Virus record (IMG/VR): IMGVR_UViG_3300009183_000092 | From: an uncultured virus (IMG/VR IMGVR_UViG_3300009183_000092) | Lineage: Duplodnaviria > Heunggongvirae > Uroviricota > Caudoviricetes | Reading direction: 5' to 3' (one strand) | Length of the DNA stretch: 64,000 nt | Part shown: positions 18,759 through 29,786 of the stretch, piece after piece | How positions within the stretch are numbered: the first letter of the stretch is position 1 | How the letters are laid out: each line of letters opens with the position of its first letter | The notes under the pieces: model-generated | Database searches by the model: none | What the model was told of the DNA's origin: nothing | What the model saw: only the letters and a program-made list of their open reading frames with translations | Translations under genes and position numbers: made by a program

Positions 18759-19112
18759 ATGGCAACGGTAAGTAAACTATTAATAAGACTACAAAAATTT
18801 AGTTCAAAAATTAGTACAGTTATAGATGCTACTGCATCTTTTAATACTAATAACAATTTCTATCAAGATTTATCTGGATGGGATTCGGCAGTAGTTCAAT
18901 TTGTAGGTACATCTGGAACAATTAGTTTCAGCACTACGAATGATGATGGTTCTATAACAGGGCAATTATTGCCTGCACCAGAAGTGCCTATTAATGGGGT
19001 AACAGTATTAGGGGTAAATTTATCTACTAAAACTGATGTTTCATCTATTGCAGCTGCTGGAATTGTGGAATTTGGTATCATTGGTAAATATTTATTGTTA
19101 CAAGGTAACTAA
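18759..19112 (+). CDS. Putative virion (beta-sandwich) protein
   Basis: DLSGWDSAVVQFV; position in head module. Confidence 0.55.
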   Translation: MATVSKLLIRLQKFSSKISTVIDATASFNTNNNFYQDLSGWDSAVVQFVGTSGTISFSTTNDDGSITGQLLPAPEVPINGVTVLGVNLSTKTDVSSIAAAGIVEFGIIGKYLLLQGN

Positions 19113-19157
19113 ACAAATACAACAACAGCATCTTAATAAATTTTAAAAAAATAAAAA

Positions 19158-19424
19158 ATGGCAAATTTAATAGCATATGTATTATCTAAAAATACATATC
19201 CAACAGCAACCGAAGCGGGTAATGTCGCAACAGCGCAAGGAACACAAGTTGTTTACGCTACAACATCAACCCTAACTACTTCTAATGAATTATATACAAA
19301 CAGTAAATCAAAGCAGCCAATTTATGGAGATGGTACAAATTGGTATGGAATACATTTATTAACTAATGAAGCAGTTGATTATGTAATCACTATTGACAAT
19401 GATGGAGTAATAGTTATAGACTAA
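19158..19424 (+). CDS. Putative virion decoration protein
   Basis: LYT....GDG.NWY...ID.DG.I pattern. Confidence 0.55.
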   Translation: MANLIAYVLSKNTYPTATEAGNVATAQGTQVVYATTSTLTTSNELYTNSKSKQPIYGDGTNWYGIHLLTNEAVDYVITIDNDGVIVID

Positions 19425-19449
19425 TAAAATAGAAACCAAATCAGCATTT

Positions 19450-20598
19450 ATGCCAGAGAATACAGACATGTCAGCACCAATTACGCTGGCAGAAGGTTAC
19501 AATCCGTTTTCGGATGAAAATGTACCACAAGTACAACCATCAGTAGAAGTAGCCCCTACTGCACAAAATGAGCCGAATAATAGTCAAGAATCGGCTCAAA
19601 ATGAACAGCAAACTCAAACTTCTTTTGACCCAAATCAATTTGTAAAAGAAAGATTTGGTTTTGAAAGCGTAGAGGAAGCTGAAAATCAGTTTAAAAAACT
19701 AAAAGAACAGCAAAGCGGATTTGAGTTTAAGGATGATGTTAGTAAAACTTTATTTGATGCTATTAAAGAAGGTAAAGCTGACGATGTTTACCAAGTTTTA
19801 AATCAACAAAAAAGATTAGATAAACTAACTACAGCTGAATTAAATACAGAATTAGCAATTGAGATTGTTAAAGAAAACCTTAAACAAAAGCACAAGGAAT
19901 TAAATGAAGAAGAGGTTGAACTTTTATTTTATGATAAATTTTTCGTACCTTTAAAACCAGAACAATCATTTGATGAAACTGATGAAGATTATTCTAACAA
20001 AGTAAAGGCATGGGAGTCTCAGGTTGACTACACTGAAAAGAAGTTAATGATTGAGGCTAAAATGACTAGATCAGAATTAGAAAAACTTAAAAGTGAAATC
20101 AGATTGCCAGATATTTATAACGAGGCCGGTAGAAATGCGCAATATCAAGAGGATTTTGAATTGATGCAGCAAGCTAGGTCAACTTATGAACAAACACTAA
20201 ATTCTGATTTCCAATCCTTCAGTGGATTTAATGTTTCGGTAAAAGACGAGGATGTTGAAATACCGATTGCATTTAATGTAGCTGAAGAAGAAAGATTGGC
20301 AATGAAGAATCAGTTAGAGGATTTTGACACTGATACTTATTTTGAAGGCAGATGGTTTAACAAAGATGGCAGACCAAATGTTCAACAAATAATGGCAGAT
20401 AAATATCTGCTAGAGAATCGTGATAAAATTTTCTCAAAAATTGCAAATGAAGCTGCATCCCAAAGATTGTTAGCTCATTTAAAGAAAAGTGGAAATATAA
20501 ACATCAACCAAACCGCTACTCCTCAAGGTGCGAGACCAGATCTAAACGGCATTGAAGCTGAAAGGCAAAGAATGGCTGATTGGGCATTTAGTTCGTAA
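19450..20598 (+). CDS. Putative scaffolding protein
   Basis: Acidic, helical, directly upstream of capsid. Confidence 0.65.
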   Translation: MPENTDMSAPITLAEGYNPFSDENVPQVQPSVEVAPTAQNEPNNSQESAQNEQQTQTSFDPNQFVKERFGFESVEEAENQFKKLKEQQSGFEFKDDVSKTLFDAIKEGKADDVYQVLNQQKRLDKLTTAELNTELAIEIVKENLKQKHKELNEEEVELLFYDKFFVPLKPEQSFDETDEDYSNKVKAWESQVDYTEKKLMIEAKMTRSELEKLKSEIRLPDIYNEAGRNAQYQEDFELMQQARSTYEQTLNSDFQSFSGFNVSVKDEDVEIPIAFNVAEEERLAMKNQLEDFDTDTYFEGRWFNKDGRPNVQQIMADKYLLENRDKIFSKIANEAASQRLLAHLKKSGNININQTATPQGARPDLNGIEAERQRMADWAFSS

Positions 20599-20646
20599 CT
20601 TGATATTTGCCTTTGGAGGAGGCGTTAAAAACAAAAAACAAATATC

Positions 20647-22059
20647 ATGGCAGGAATACCTACCTCAAATATTTTGCAGCCGGGTTCAATCTCGTTGCAA
20701 ACCCAGAATAGGCAACTTATGGTTGACCTACAATTATTAACACCACAGTACTACAAGCAATACACTCAAAAGTATGGCAATGAAGATTTTACTTGGTGGT
20801 TAGCTGCTCATAGCGGCATGGAAGAAGTTAAAAACTTAAACTACTTCTGGTTTGAAAACCGCGGTAAATTAATGCCGGCTGTTACAAACGATAGTACAGT
20901 TGCTGCTGCTACTGGTGCTACTGTTACATTAACTTTAGGAGCAGAAGCATACTACAACAGTGGTACTCAAACTCCTTTAAGAGTTAATGAAACTTTGCGT
21001 GTTGCATCTTCAAACATTGAGGGTGTTATTGTGTCTATTGACGATACAACTCCTTACGCTTTTACTTTTGAGGTTGCACCTAAGCAAACTTCTCAAGGTT
21101 TCCAATCAGCTGGATCTGGTTCATTATTAGCTGGTGAAGTTCTATTATTCGGTGGTGATGCAGATGCTGGTGAAGCTTCTCAAGCAATCAATCCTTTAAT
21201 CCAATTGGATCAAAGATATGATAACTATGTAACAGAAATTCGTGATGGTTGGTCTAACACTGACTTAGCGCAAATGGCTGAAACATACTATGAGTTCCCT
21301 GTATCTCCAGATATGGCACAAAATGGTGTAACTGCGTTTACTTACAAAGGTATGTATAAGACTCTTGTTCGTTTTAAAAATAACGTAGAAGCAAAATTAA
21401 TGCGCGGTAATTTACAAAATAACACTGCAATTGATTCTAACTCTCAAGGTTCTGTAGGTATTATCCCTAAGGTAGTTGCTGACGGTGAAACAATTGGTTA
21501 CACTCCAGGTACATTAGACATCGCTAAATTACATGAAATCACTCGTATCATGGATGTTAACGGTTGTGCTAAACAATCTGCATGGTTAACTGACATCTTC
21601 CAAAGACAAGATTTCTCTGATGGTATCTTCGCTGCTTACCCAGCTGGTGCTTTCGTTTATGGACAAGGCGAAAAGTCTAAAGAGGCTTCTGTTGCTTATG
21701 GTTTCCAAGAAATCTTTATTGATGGATATTTATTATCTGTTAAGAAGTACTCTCAATTCAACACTGAGGTTACAACTGGTTTAACTCCAAACGTTGATTA
21801 CTTCCGTAATTTCGGTTTAATCTATCCAATGGGTGAAACTAAGGATGCTAAAACTGCTCAAGTTTACAAGAATATCACTATTATGTATCAACAACCTCCT
21901 CAAGGTGGTACTGTTGGTAACGGTATTCGTGTATGGCAATATGGTGGTGGATCTCCTAATCCAACAGATGGTACAATGACTAATCAAATTGCGATGATCA
22001 CTTATCGTGGTACTCGTGTTTGTGCAGCAAACCAATTCATCATCGTTCAAGGTAACTAA
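20647..22059 (+). CDS. Major capsid protein
   Basis: 470 aa, YFWFE motif, strongly biased codons, followed by a hairpin. Confidence 0.82.
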   Translation: MAGIPTSNILQPGSISLQTQNRQLMVDLQLLTPQYYKQYTQKYGNEDFTWWLAAHSGMEEVKNLNYFWFENRGKLMPAVTNDSTVAAATGATVTLTLGAEAYYNSGTQTPLRVNETLRVASSNIEGVIVSIDDTTPYAFTFEVAPKQTSQGFQSAGSGSLLAGEVLLFGGDADAGEASQAINPLIQLDQRYDNYVTEIRDGWSNTDLAQMAETYYEFPVSPDMAQNGVTAFTYKGMYKTLVRFKNNVEAKLMRGNLQNNTAIDSNSQGSVGIIPKVVADGETIGYTPGTLDIAKLHEITRIMDVNGCAKQSAWLTDIFQRQDFSDGIFAAYPAGAFVYGQGEKSKEASVAYGFQEIFIDGYLLSVKKYSQFNTEVTTGLTPNVDYFRNFGLIYPMGETKDAKTAQVYKNITIMYQQPPQGGTVGNGIRVWQYGGGSPNPTDGTMTNQIAMITYRGTRVCAANQFIIVQGN

Positions 22060-22084
22060 TTAGTTATTTAGGACTTATAATTAT

Positions 22085-22120
22085 GGTAGGGGCAACTTTA
22101 TTGATTGCCTCTACCTATTT
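22085..22120 (+). terminator. Hairpin/terminator after capsid gene
   Basis: GGTAGGGGCAA/TTGCCTCTACC stem then TATTTT. Confidence 0.6.
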
Positions 22121-22140
22121 TAACATTTAAAAAACCATTT

Positions 22141-23034
22141 ATGGCAAAGTTAAAGGCAATAGGGTTAGCAGATGCTAACTTTTCGCAACAAGGTGAAGTA
22201 AAAGTACAAAGACAAAATGATGAGGCTGCGCAAGCTATGCAGGAATCCTTATCATCTAATACAGCAACAACTTTCAAGATTTTCAAATTATCAGATACTA
22301 AGAAAAATGGCAGATACCATATGGAAGGTATTGACGATGTTTGGAACGAAAAGAAAGGAAGAATGGAAAGAATAAGGCTTTTGAGAGGTTATCCAAGTAT
22401 TTGGGTAGAAGATCAAAAAGGACTTGAAAAATCATTCGTTGAACAAAACAGAAGAAGCTTAATTTTTGATAGAAGAGTATTAAGAATAGCTGATTATGAC
22501 GTAGAAGCTCTTGAGTTTTTAAATCTATGTAACGCTAATTTAGACAATCCTAACAAAAAGGGTACTAGAAAAATTACATTCTTTCAATGGAATCCACAAA
22601 GAACAGCAGAGCTTGAAAGAGCTAAAAGAGTTGCTAAGGTTGAAGCAATTAAATATGCTTCATTGGCAAGCGAGGAAGAAATGCGTAAGCACTGCAATTT
22701 CTTGGGAATTACATTTACAGATGAATTAGGGATGCCAAAATCTATGGATGCATTAAGAAATGACTATGAACTTTACGCTGAAGCTCAACCTAATAAGTTT
22801 ATGCAAAGTGCTGGTTCTAAGGAGGTTGAAATAGCATTTATAGTTAAAAGAGCTTTAATTGATAATAAAATTGACACTACTACAAAAAGAGGTTCAGCCT
22901 ATTGGTCAAATAATGGAGGTTATATTTGTAAGATACCATCTGACAAAAAACCACAAAATTATTTAGTTGAATTTGCAATGTTCCCTCAAGATGAAAGTAA
23001 GGCATTTTTAGAACAATTAAAGAAATTAGTGTAG
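22141..23034 (+). CDS. Conserved virion-module protein
   Basis: ATG at 22141; follows capsid gene. Confidence 0.65.
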   Translation: MAKLKAIGLADANFSQQGEVKVQRQNDEAAQAMQESLSSNTATTFKIFKLSDTKKNGRYHMEGIDDVWNEKKGRMERIRLLRGYPSIWVEDQKGLEKSFVEQNRRSLIFDRRVLRIADYDVEALEFLNLCNANLDNPNKKGTRKITFFQWNPQRTAELERAKRVAKVEAIKYASLASEEEMRKHCNFLGITFTDELGMPKSMDALRNDYELYAEAQPNKFMQSAGSKEVEIAFIVKRALIDNKIDTTTKRGSAYWSNNGGYICKIPSDKKPQNYLVEFAMFPQDESKAFLEQLKKLV

Positions 23035-23057
23035 TTCTTCCCCCTCTAAATAAAAGA

Positions 23058-23090
23058 AGCCCTGTAGCCTAAAAATTACGGGGCTTTTTT
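23058..23090 (+). terminator. Intrinsic terminator
   Basis: AGCCC(T)GTA...TACGGGCT followed by a T-run. Confidence 0.7.
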
Positions 23091-23127
23091 GTATCTTTTT
23101 CGTATATTTGTTGTATAACTTATTTCA

Positions 23128-23790
23128 ATGAATGTTAATGATATGTATCGTATTTGCCAATTTGCGGTTAATAAAGCGCAAAATGGTTATTTGACACCAT
23201 CTGAATTTAATCTTGTCATAAATCAAGCACAGGTTTCATATCAAGATTATCTATTGGGTGAGTTTCAACAATATCAATACGGAAGGCCACAAGCTAGAAT
23301 TACTTATAGCCAAAATGAAAATATTAGACAAAGATTATCTCCATTAATTACACAAGCTACATTGACTATTAATGGGTCTGGCGAAGTAACCTATCCTGCT
23401 GATTATGTGCAAACTGATACGATAATAACAGCAGCCTTTAATAGAGTTAGATATGTGCAGCAAGACGCTCTATATTCTTATTATAATAGCCAAGTTGATC
23501 CAATTGCAACTAATCCTATTTACCTATTAGAACCTACTGGATTCCAATTTTATCCTGTAACACTTGGCAGTGCAATTTTAACTTATGTAAAAGATGCACC
23601 TGAAATAGTTTGGGCTTATACCACTGTTAGCGGCAGACCTGTTTATAGTTCTGGCACAAGTATTCAGCCTGTTTGGGATAATGTAGATTTATTAGAAATA
23701 ATAGCTAGGGCATTAAAATTAATTGGCTTAAATTTACAAGAAGGCCAAGTGCAGCAATATGCTAATCAAGTAACACAAACTGGACAATAA
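23128..23790 (+). CDS. Tail/neck ring protein (crAss-like)
   Basis: NKAQNGYLTPSEFN..INQAQ; TATATTTG box at 23103. Confidence 0.7.
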   Translation: MNVNDMYRICQFAVNKAQNGYLTPSEFNLVINQAQVSYQDYLLGEFQQYQYGRPQARITYSQNENIRQRLSPLITQATLTINGSGEVTYPADYVQTDTIITAAFNRVRYVQQDALYSYYNSQVDPIATNPIYLLEPTGFQFYPVTLGSAILTYVKDAPEIVWAYTTVSGRPVYSSGTSIQPVWDNVDLLEIIARALKLIGLNLQEGQVQQYANQVTQTGQ

Positions 23791-24416
23791 TGACTAGATA
23801 CGCATTAATAGAAAGAATACTAAGGCAGATATATAACGGACAACCATCCGATGATTCAAATATTACTTATAATTTAGTTAATCAATGGTTGAATGATGCT
23901 ATTGGTTTAGTTGTAAAGAAAAACTATACTGACAACATTCAGATGGATGGAGTGGCTTATGTAAATAACTCTTTTTATACAACATTTACAAATATAGATA
24001 TTAATGCAGAGTCTGTAGATACCGTTACTTATAGCATTGATTTGCCAATTATACCATATGCATTAGGAAGAAACGAAGGTGTAGCTATGTTACAGTTTGT
24101 AGGCGATAAGAAAACATCTCAAACAGCAATACCGTTGAGCATGAATCAAGTTGCTTATATTGAACAATTAAGGCCAATACAGAATAAAATATTATATTGG
24201 GTAGAAGGAAAAAATATTTATGTAAAAAGTTCAATACCTTTAACGCAGTATAAGGCAACATTAAGATTGATTAGCGGTGGAGACTCTACTGATTTAAACT
24301 CAACCTTGATAGTGCCAGATGATTATATGCCAATGGTAATTGAATATATAAAAGGTCAATTAGCTTTTGAGAAATCAAGACCTATAGATCAAAGCAATGA
24401 TGGAGTAGATAATTAA
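23790..24416 (+). CDS. Tail/neck ring protein
   Basis: Position; C-terminal D..ND motif. Confidence 0.6.
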   Translation: MTRYALIERILRQIYNGQPSDDSNITYNLVNQWLNDAIGLVVKKNYTDNIQMDGVAYVNNSFYTTFTNIDINAESVDTVTYSIDLPIIPYALGRNEGVAMLQFVGDKKTSQTAIPLSMNQVAYIEQLRPIQNKILYWVEGKNIYVKSSIPLTQYKATLRLISGGDSTDLNSTLIVPDDYMPMVIEYIKGQLAFEKSRPIDQSNDGVDN

Positions 24417-24431
24417 AATTAAGAAACATAT

Positions 24432-24704
24432 ATGAAACCAATTAGAGATTTTGTTTTAGTAAAACCATTTGCACCTGAAGAAATAACAGAAGGTGGATTA
24501 TTATTGCCTGAAGGGTTTAGAGAGAGAAATTGTAAGGCAAAAGTAGTTTCAGTTGGTAATGGTACGGCTAAAATAAAGATAGAAGCAAAAAAAGATGATA
24601 TTATTTTTCACATAAAAGGAGCAGGAGAGCCTATCATTGTAAATAATGAATTGCATTTCTTAATCAGACATAACGATATATTAGCTTACTTATCAAATAA
24701 TTAA
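24432..24704 (+). CDS. groES: Co-chaperonin GroES (Cpn10)
   Basis: MKPIRDFVLVKP...TEGGLLLP...VVSVGNG...DILA. Confidence 0.9.
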   Translation: MKPIRDFVLVKPFAPEEITEGGLLLPEGFRERNCKAKVVSVGNGTAKIKIEAKKDDIIFHIKGAGEPIIVNNELHFLIRHNDILAYLSNN

Positions 24705-24706
24705 AA

Positions 24707-25477
24707 ATGTCACAAGTTAGAAATTATATAACGCTAGATTCTGTAATTAATGATTACATAGATGAAAGTGAACAATCCGTACATAAATATGCTAAGTTAT
24801 ATAACATAGCTGTTAGGGGTATGGAAAAACTAGGTCTTGACTTTTTTTATAAAATAAGAACAGTTAAGGTAGCAGTTGATACTACTAATTTTACTGCACA
24901 ATTGCCAAATGATTATATTAGTTATACAAAAGTTGGAGTTTTAAATTCAGTTGGTGAAATTATACCATTGAAGTTTAATTCTAAAATGACTTTTTATGCT
25001 GACCAACAGCCTAATAGATTAGAATTAACACAAGACAATACTTTAGCAGCTTGGTATCAATCAGATCTACCTGTGTGGTTTAATTATTGGGATGGGTATG
25101 GTTTTAATAATATATACGGTTTACCAAGTGGTTCTCCATTTGTAGGTCAATTTAATATTGATGATTCAAATGGCGTAGTATTACTTAATCAGTATTTTTA
25201 TTATTCATATTTAATGATAGAATATTTATCAAGCGGTAATCCTGAAGAAACATTTTCTATCCCTATTCAATTTAGAGAAACAATGCTTGCTTGGTTAGCA
25301 TGGAGAGATATAGCAACAATGCCAGCTACTAGAAAAGGTAATCTAGGGGATAAAAGAGATAGAAAACAAGAATTTTACAATCAAAGAAGATTGGCTAATG
25401 CTCAGTTTAAACCATTGTATTTGATGCAAGCTTATGAGAATAATTTAGACACACAAAGAATGACTGTTAAGGCATAA
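24707..25477 (+). CDS. Tail tubular/ring protein
   Basis: YITLDSVIND...LPNDYISYTKVG. Confidence 0.65.
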   Translation: MSQVRNYITLDSVINDYIDESEQSVHKYAKLYNIAVRGMEKLGLDFFYKIRTVKVAVDTTNFTAQLPNDYISYTKVGVLNSVGEIIPLKFNSKMTFYADQQPNRLELTQDNTLAAWYQSDLPVWFNYWDGYGFNNIYGLPSGSPFVGQFNIDDSNGVVLLNQYFYYSYLMIEYLSSGNPEETFSIPIQFRETMLAWLAWRDIATMPATRKGNLGDKRDRKQEFYNQRRLANAQFKPLYLMQAYENNLDTQRMTVKA

Positions 25478-25480
25478 AAA

Positions 25481-28400
25481 ATGATAATAAATAACCCATT
25501 TAGTGGAAAGCTTAATTTAGATGATGCCACCTATAGAATTGGGAATGGCGATTATATTGATGCTTTAAACATAACAAAAGATGCACAAGGTAAAGGACAA
25601 GATAAGGTTGTATCCAATATATTGGGTAACACCTTGATTAATTATACTTTACCAATTGGTACCAATAAGGTTATAGGTTTTTATCCTGATAAAATAAGGA
25701 ATAGAGCTTATTATTTTATTTGGAATAGTGATGGTTACAATACGATAGCTTACTATGATTTAAATAACGAAGAAATTGTTAAAGTTTTAGAAAGTAAAAC
25801 AGATAGTGATGGTATTGATATTTTAAATTTTAATCCTTCTTATAAAGTTTTATCTGTAAATATGTTTTATAGAGATGACGAAGGAGATATATTGTTTTTT
25901 AATGATGGGTATAATCCACCTAAAAATATTAACATAAAAGAGGAGCATGGAACTTCATGGAAACTAGAATATATTTTAGTCGCTAAAGCTCCTCCTGTTA
26001 TGCCTCCAAAAGTTGTTTATGAGAATGATACAACTGTCAAGGTTAATAATTTAAGAAATAAGCTTTTCCAGTTTTCATATAGATATGTTTATTTGAACAA
26101 TGAAAAATCAGTATGGAGTTCAAAAAGTATTGTTCCATTACCACAGCAGGATAGTTTAAATCTTACAAATAATAATTATACAGATAACTCAAGAATATCA
26201 GTATCGGTAAATAGTGGAGGGCCAGAAGTTAGGGATATTGAAATTTCATTTAGGGAAACAACAAGTGGTGTTACTAGTGATTGGTATTTAATTCAGTCTT
26301 TTAGTAAAAATCAAATTGGGATATTAGACAACTCTATTTACACATATAATTTTTACAATAATGGTATTTATGTACAAATAGATGTATTAGAAACCGCGCA
26401 ATTGCAAGATTGGGTTCCTCAAAAAGCAAATGCCGCAGAATTGGCTAACGGTAATGTTTTATTATACTCTGGAATTACAGAAAGTTATAATAGAACAGAC
26501 ATGAATTTAGTCTCTAAGGTTAATACAAATGCCATTGGGTATGTTTATGATATTAATGGTACATTGTTTTTTGCTACATGCAACGCAATAGATAGTGGAT
26601 CATCTGGAACAGAATTAAAGATATATCTATTTGGAACTGGTGATAATGGGTCTAATGGTATAGTTCAGCGTTTAAACAATGTGGCTTGTGATTTCTTTAT
26701 AAATGTAGTTGATTTATCTGGTGCAAGCATAGGTGCTACATATACTAGTGTTTTTACTAGTCAATATGTAGGCAATTTGTTAAATTATATAAAAAGCAGT
26801 TTAATAGCAGCTGATGCTGGTTGGAGTGGAACAATTGATAACAATGTTCTTACAATGACATACCCAGATGGATTTTTATTGCAATCAAGTGGAACAAAAA
26901 TTAATCAATATTCAGAACAATATGATCCATGGTTTAATACTAGTTTTGCAAATTCATGGGATTCTGGTTATCAATATGCATTGCAATATTTTGATTCATT
27001 AGGTAGAACAATTGGCGCTCAAACAGATATTGATGCATCTGTTAATACACCTTCTTCTAATACAAATAGATTTTGTCAACCATATGTTGAAATAAAAAAT
27101 AGGCCACCATTAGAGGCTACGTATTATCAAGTTTTAAGGTCTAATAATATTACTTATAATAAAAGATTGTTTTGGATAAGCAGGGGGGCATATGCAAGCA
27201 CTAGTCAAGATACAACAGTTCCAAGATTTGCATATTTGGATATAAGCAATATTGAAGATTATAATATTCAAATTTCTTCAACGGAAGGTGTTGTTTCTTA
27301 TAATTTTACAGCAGGAGATAGAATTAAGTTTTTATCAAGATTTAATTCAAATAATGCACAGATAACATTTGATATTCAGTATGACTATGAGATTCTTGGA
27401 ACAGAATCATCAATTATATTAGAAAATGGAACTAGAAAGGTAGGAAATTTTATTAAGTTTTTATATCCTATAGTTGCAAATACAGACCCAAATTTTAAAT
27501 TTAATGGTGATGAGAATTTTTTACATTATGAAATATTCTTGTATAACTTTTCTTCTAGTGCTTCTGCGAATCAAAGATTTTTTTATGAATGTGGTAAGTG
27601 TTTTGGCATAGGAAATCCTGGCACAACATCTGCATATCATATAGGATTAGAGCAAACTCAATCAGCCTCATCTCCAGAAAGTGTTCCGGCAATTGTAAGT
27701 ATGGTAAATGGCGATTTGTTTTTCAGATATAGAAAAGTTCCATATGGAGATAACTTTTCTTTTGGAGCTGGTGGTTCTAGTCAGGATGTAGATTCTTTAT
27801 TAGGTATAACTGTTTCACCAACATCTCCTATTTCAAATAGTAGTTATGTAGTAAAAACACAAGCTTTTAATAATGATTTGCAAGCTAACTATCCAACTTA
27901 TTTAGATACAGATTTTTTCTTTAATAATTTATTAACAAGTCAAGCTTTAGTTTTAAAATTAAAAGCAGAATTTTCTGTGTTTCAATCACAAGCAAATAAT
28001 AATACTAATTTTAGTTTTAGAGCTATTATAATTACACCTTCTTCATCTTATGAAACTTATTTAACCCCAACCCAAATAGTTCAATCTCAAGTTCAAACTA
28101 CATTTTTTTTAGATAATGTTATTTCAATACCACCTTTGGCTAAGGTTTGGATAGCTTCCTACTCAACAAATGATTTACCAGGTGATACATTTACTATAAA
28201 TCCTTTTACATTAAACTTCCAAGTTTTAAAAAACAAAGTAATTAAAATAATAGAATCTTCTTTTAATGATACCTATAATTTAATTACAAATAGTAACGGA
28301 AGAGCTTCCGTTGTTGATATAAATGCAAAACAAACATATTTCCCTACATTAATTAGATTTGGAGGAGCTTATCAAGTTAATACAAATATTAATAAAATCA

Positions 28401-29071
28401 ATAATTTCCAATATGAGAATTTTGATGAATACGATAGAAGTTTTGGAGATGTGATGAGATTGCATGTTAGAGATAGGTATTTGAAAGTTTATCAAAAATT
28501 TAAAGTAGGTAATGTGCCTATTTTAACACAAATAGTTAAAGATAGTGCCAATAATCCATTACAAGCAAATACCGATACCTTAATTAATAAGATTCAGTAT
28601 TACTCTGGTGATTATGGCATTGGAGATGCTTCAACAAGCCTTGCGTGGAATAACTTTTCTGATTATTTTGTAGATAATTATCGTGGTGTGGTTTGTAGAT
28701 TGAGTCAAGATGGTATTACTCCTATAAGTATTATATTTAATACAAATGCTTTTTTTGTTGCTGAAACGGCAGCTTATAGAAAAGAGTTGAATAATGGTAT
28801 TTCTGATGGAGTGTATACTGGAGATCCATGTATTTATGGTGTATTTGATGCAAATACAAATAAGTATATAATTGCTATGGAGGAAATTAATAGATACACT
28901 CCTATTTGTACTTTTAATGGCGGAACCGCGGTTTTATTACCATATTTTTGTACTTTTAATGGCGGAACGGCTACGGTAATAAGCGCTTGTACTTTTAATG
29001 GTGGATCTTTAATTTTGAATCAAGGGACTTGTGGATATAATGGTGGAACATTGGTTGAAGATGTGCCATAA
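25481..29071 (+). CDS. Tail stabilisation/nozzle-like protein, N-terminal portion
   Basis: GKLNLDD..Y.DALN, DGYNPPKNIN, FQFSYRYVY..NEKS, YFVD..RGVVCRLSQDGITPIS. Confidence 0.75.
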   Translation: MIINNPFSGKLNLDDATYRIGNGDYIDALNITKDAQGKGQDKVVSNILGNTLINYTLPIGTNKVIGFYPDKIRNRAYYFIWNSDGYNTIAYYDLNNEEIVKVLESKTDSDGIDILNFNPSYKVLSVNMFYRDDEGDILFFNDGYNPPKNINIKEEHGTSWKLEYILVAKAPPVMPPKVVYENDTTVKVNNLRNKLFQFSYRYVYLNNEKSVWSSKSIVPLPQQDSLNLTNNNYTDNSRISVSVNSGGPEVRDIEISFRETTSGVTSDWYLIQSFSKNQIGILDNSIYTYNFYNNGIYVQIDVLETAQLQDWVPQKANAAELANGNVLLYSGITESYNRTDMNLVSKVNTNAIGYVYDINGTLFFATCNAIDSGSSGTELKIYLFGTGDNGSNGIVQRLNNVACDFFINVVDLSGASIGATYTSVFTSQYVGNLLNYIKSSLIAADAGWSGTIDNNVLTMTYPDGFLLQSSGTKINQYSEQYDPWFNTSFANSWDSGYQYALQYFDSLGRTIGAQTDIDASVNTPSSNTNRFCQPYVEIKNRPPLEATYYQVLRSNNITYNKRLFWISRGAYASTSQDTTVPRFAYLDISNIEDYNIQISSTEGVVSYNFTAGDRIKFLSRFNSNNAQITFDIQYDYEILGTESSIILENGTRKVGNFIKFLYPIVANTDPNFKFNGDENFLHYEIFLYNFSSSASANQRFFYECGKCFGIGNPGTTSAYHIGLEQTQSASSPESVPAIVSMVNGDLFFRYRKVPYGDNFSFGAGGSSQDVDSLLGITVSPTSPISNSSYVVKTQAFNNDLQANYPTYLDTDFFFNNLLTSQALVLKLKAEFSVFQSQANNNTNFSFRAIIITPSSSYETYLTPTQIVQSQVQTTFFLDNVISIPPLAKVWIASYSTNDLPGDTFTINPFTLNFQVLKNKVIKIIESSFNDTYNLITNSNGRASVVDINAKQTYFPTLIRFGGAYQVNTNINKINNFQYENFDEYDRSFGDVMRLHVRDRYLKVYQKFKVGNVPILTQIVKDSANNPLQANTDTLINKIQYYSGDYGIGDASTSLAWNNFSDYFVDNYRGVVCRLSQDGITPISIIFNTNAFFVAETAAYRKELNNGISDGVYTGDPCIYGVFDANTNKYIIAMEEINRYTPICTFNGGTAVLLPYFCTFNGGTATVISACTFNGGSLILNQGTCGYNGGTLVEDVP
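28907..29049 (+). repeat. Tandem CTFNGG coding repeats
   Basis: TGTACTTTTAATGG at 28907, 28949, 28988 plus degenerate CGYNGG. Confidence 0.85.
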
Positions 29072-29102
29072 AGATATAAATATTAAATTAAATAATTGAA
29101 TA

Positions 29103-29552
29103 ATGAACGTAATATTAACATTAAACGCTGGCCTAGGGGCTGATTTAGGGCCGAATTTTACACTTACAGCTAATGTTGGTCTTGTTACCCCAAATACGGC
29201 AACTAAGACTGAGCTATTGGCAGGTAAGTCATTGGTTATTGATAATGCCGCCACTAATGTAAGAGCAACTTCGGTTGGCACATGTACTAATTACATAACT
29301 GTAAATTTAGGTACATTTTTATGCGATTTTAACGGAGGGACTGCCGTGGTTTCAGCTTGTGCTAGTGCTATATATTCTATACAAAACATAGGCGCAACAA
29401 CAATTCGTTGGGAAGGCTTAAATTGTGATGATGTATTAGTACATGGATATGTGCAGGAAAGCAATACTGATAATACAACCTGTGTACAAATAGACACGGT
29501 TACGGTAGACCAACCGGAAAATGCAATTATAACATTTGTAGAATATTGTTAA
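29103..29552 (+). CDS. Small beta-rich tail accessory protein (paralog A)
   Basis: GLGADLGPNF domain plus CDFNGGTA repeat. Confidence 0.7.
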   Translation: MNVILTLNAGLGADLGPNFTLTANVGLVTPNTATKTELLAGKSLVIDNAATNVRATSVGTCTNYITVNLGTFLCDFNGGTAVVSACASAIYSIQNIGATTIRWEGLNCDDVLVHGYVQESNTDNTTCVQIDTVTVDQPENAIITFVEYC

Positions 29553-29570
29553 ATTATAAAAATATAAAAA

Positions 29571-29786
29571 ATGAACGTATTAGTAACATTAAATAGCGGC
29601 CTAGGGGCTGATTTAGGACCAAATTTTAACCTTACAGCCGATGTTGGCACTGTAACGCCAAGTACAGCAAGTAAGACCGAATTATTAGCCGGTGTAACGG
29701 TTGCTGTCAATGGTTCTGCAACAGAAGTTGTTGTAACATCTGATAGCAATTGCACCAATTCAATAACTATTCCAATTACAGCTTAA
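29571..29786 (+). CDS. Small beta-rich tail accessory protein (paralog B)
   Basis: Clear paralog of the first ~70 aa of 29103..29552. Confidence 0.7.
   Translation: MNVLVTLNSGLGADLGPNFNLTADVGTVTPSTASKTELLAGVTVAVNGSATEVVVTSDSNCTNSITIPITA

Noticed and set aside
19100..19136. CAAGGTAACTAA shared with the capsid gene end; possible readthrough to a Thr-rich tail
   Set aside because: Only a 12-nt match and a 7-codon extension; coincidence or a small indel is sufficient.
28907..29786. Diversity-generating retroelement template/variable repeats
   Set aside because: No reverse transcriptase in the window, and the differences between paralogs are not adenine-specific.
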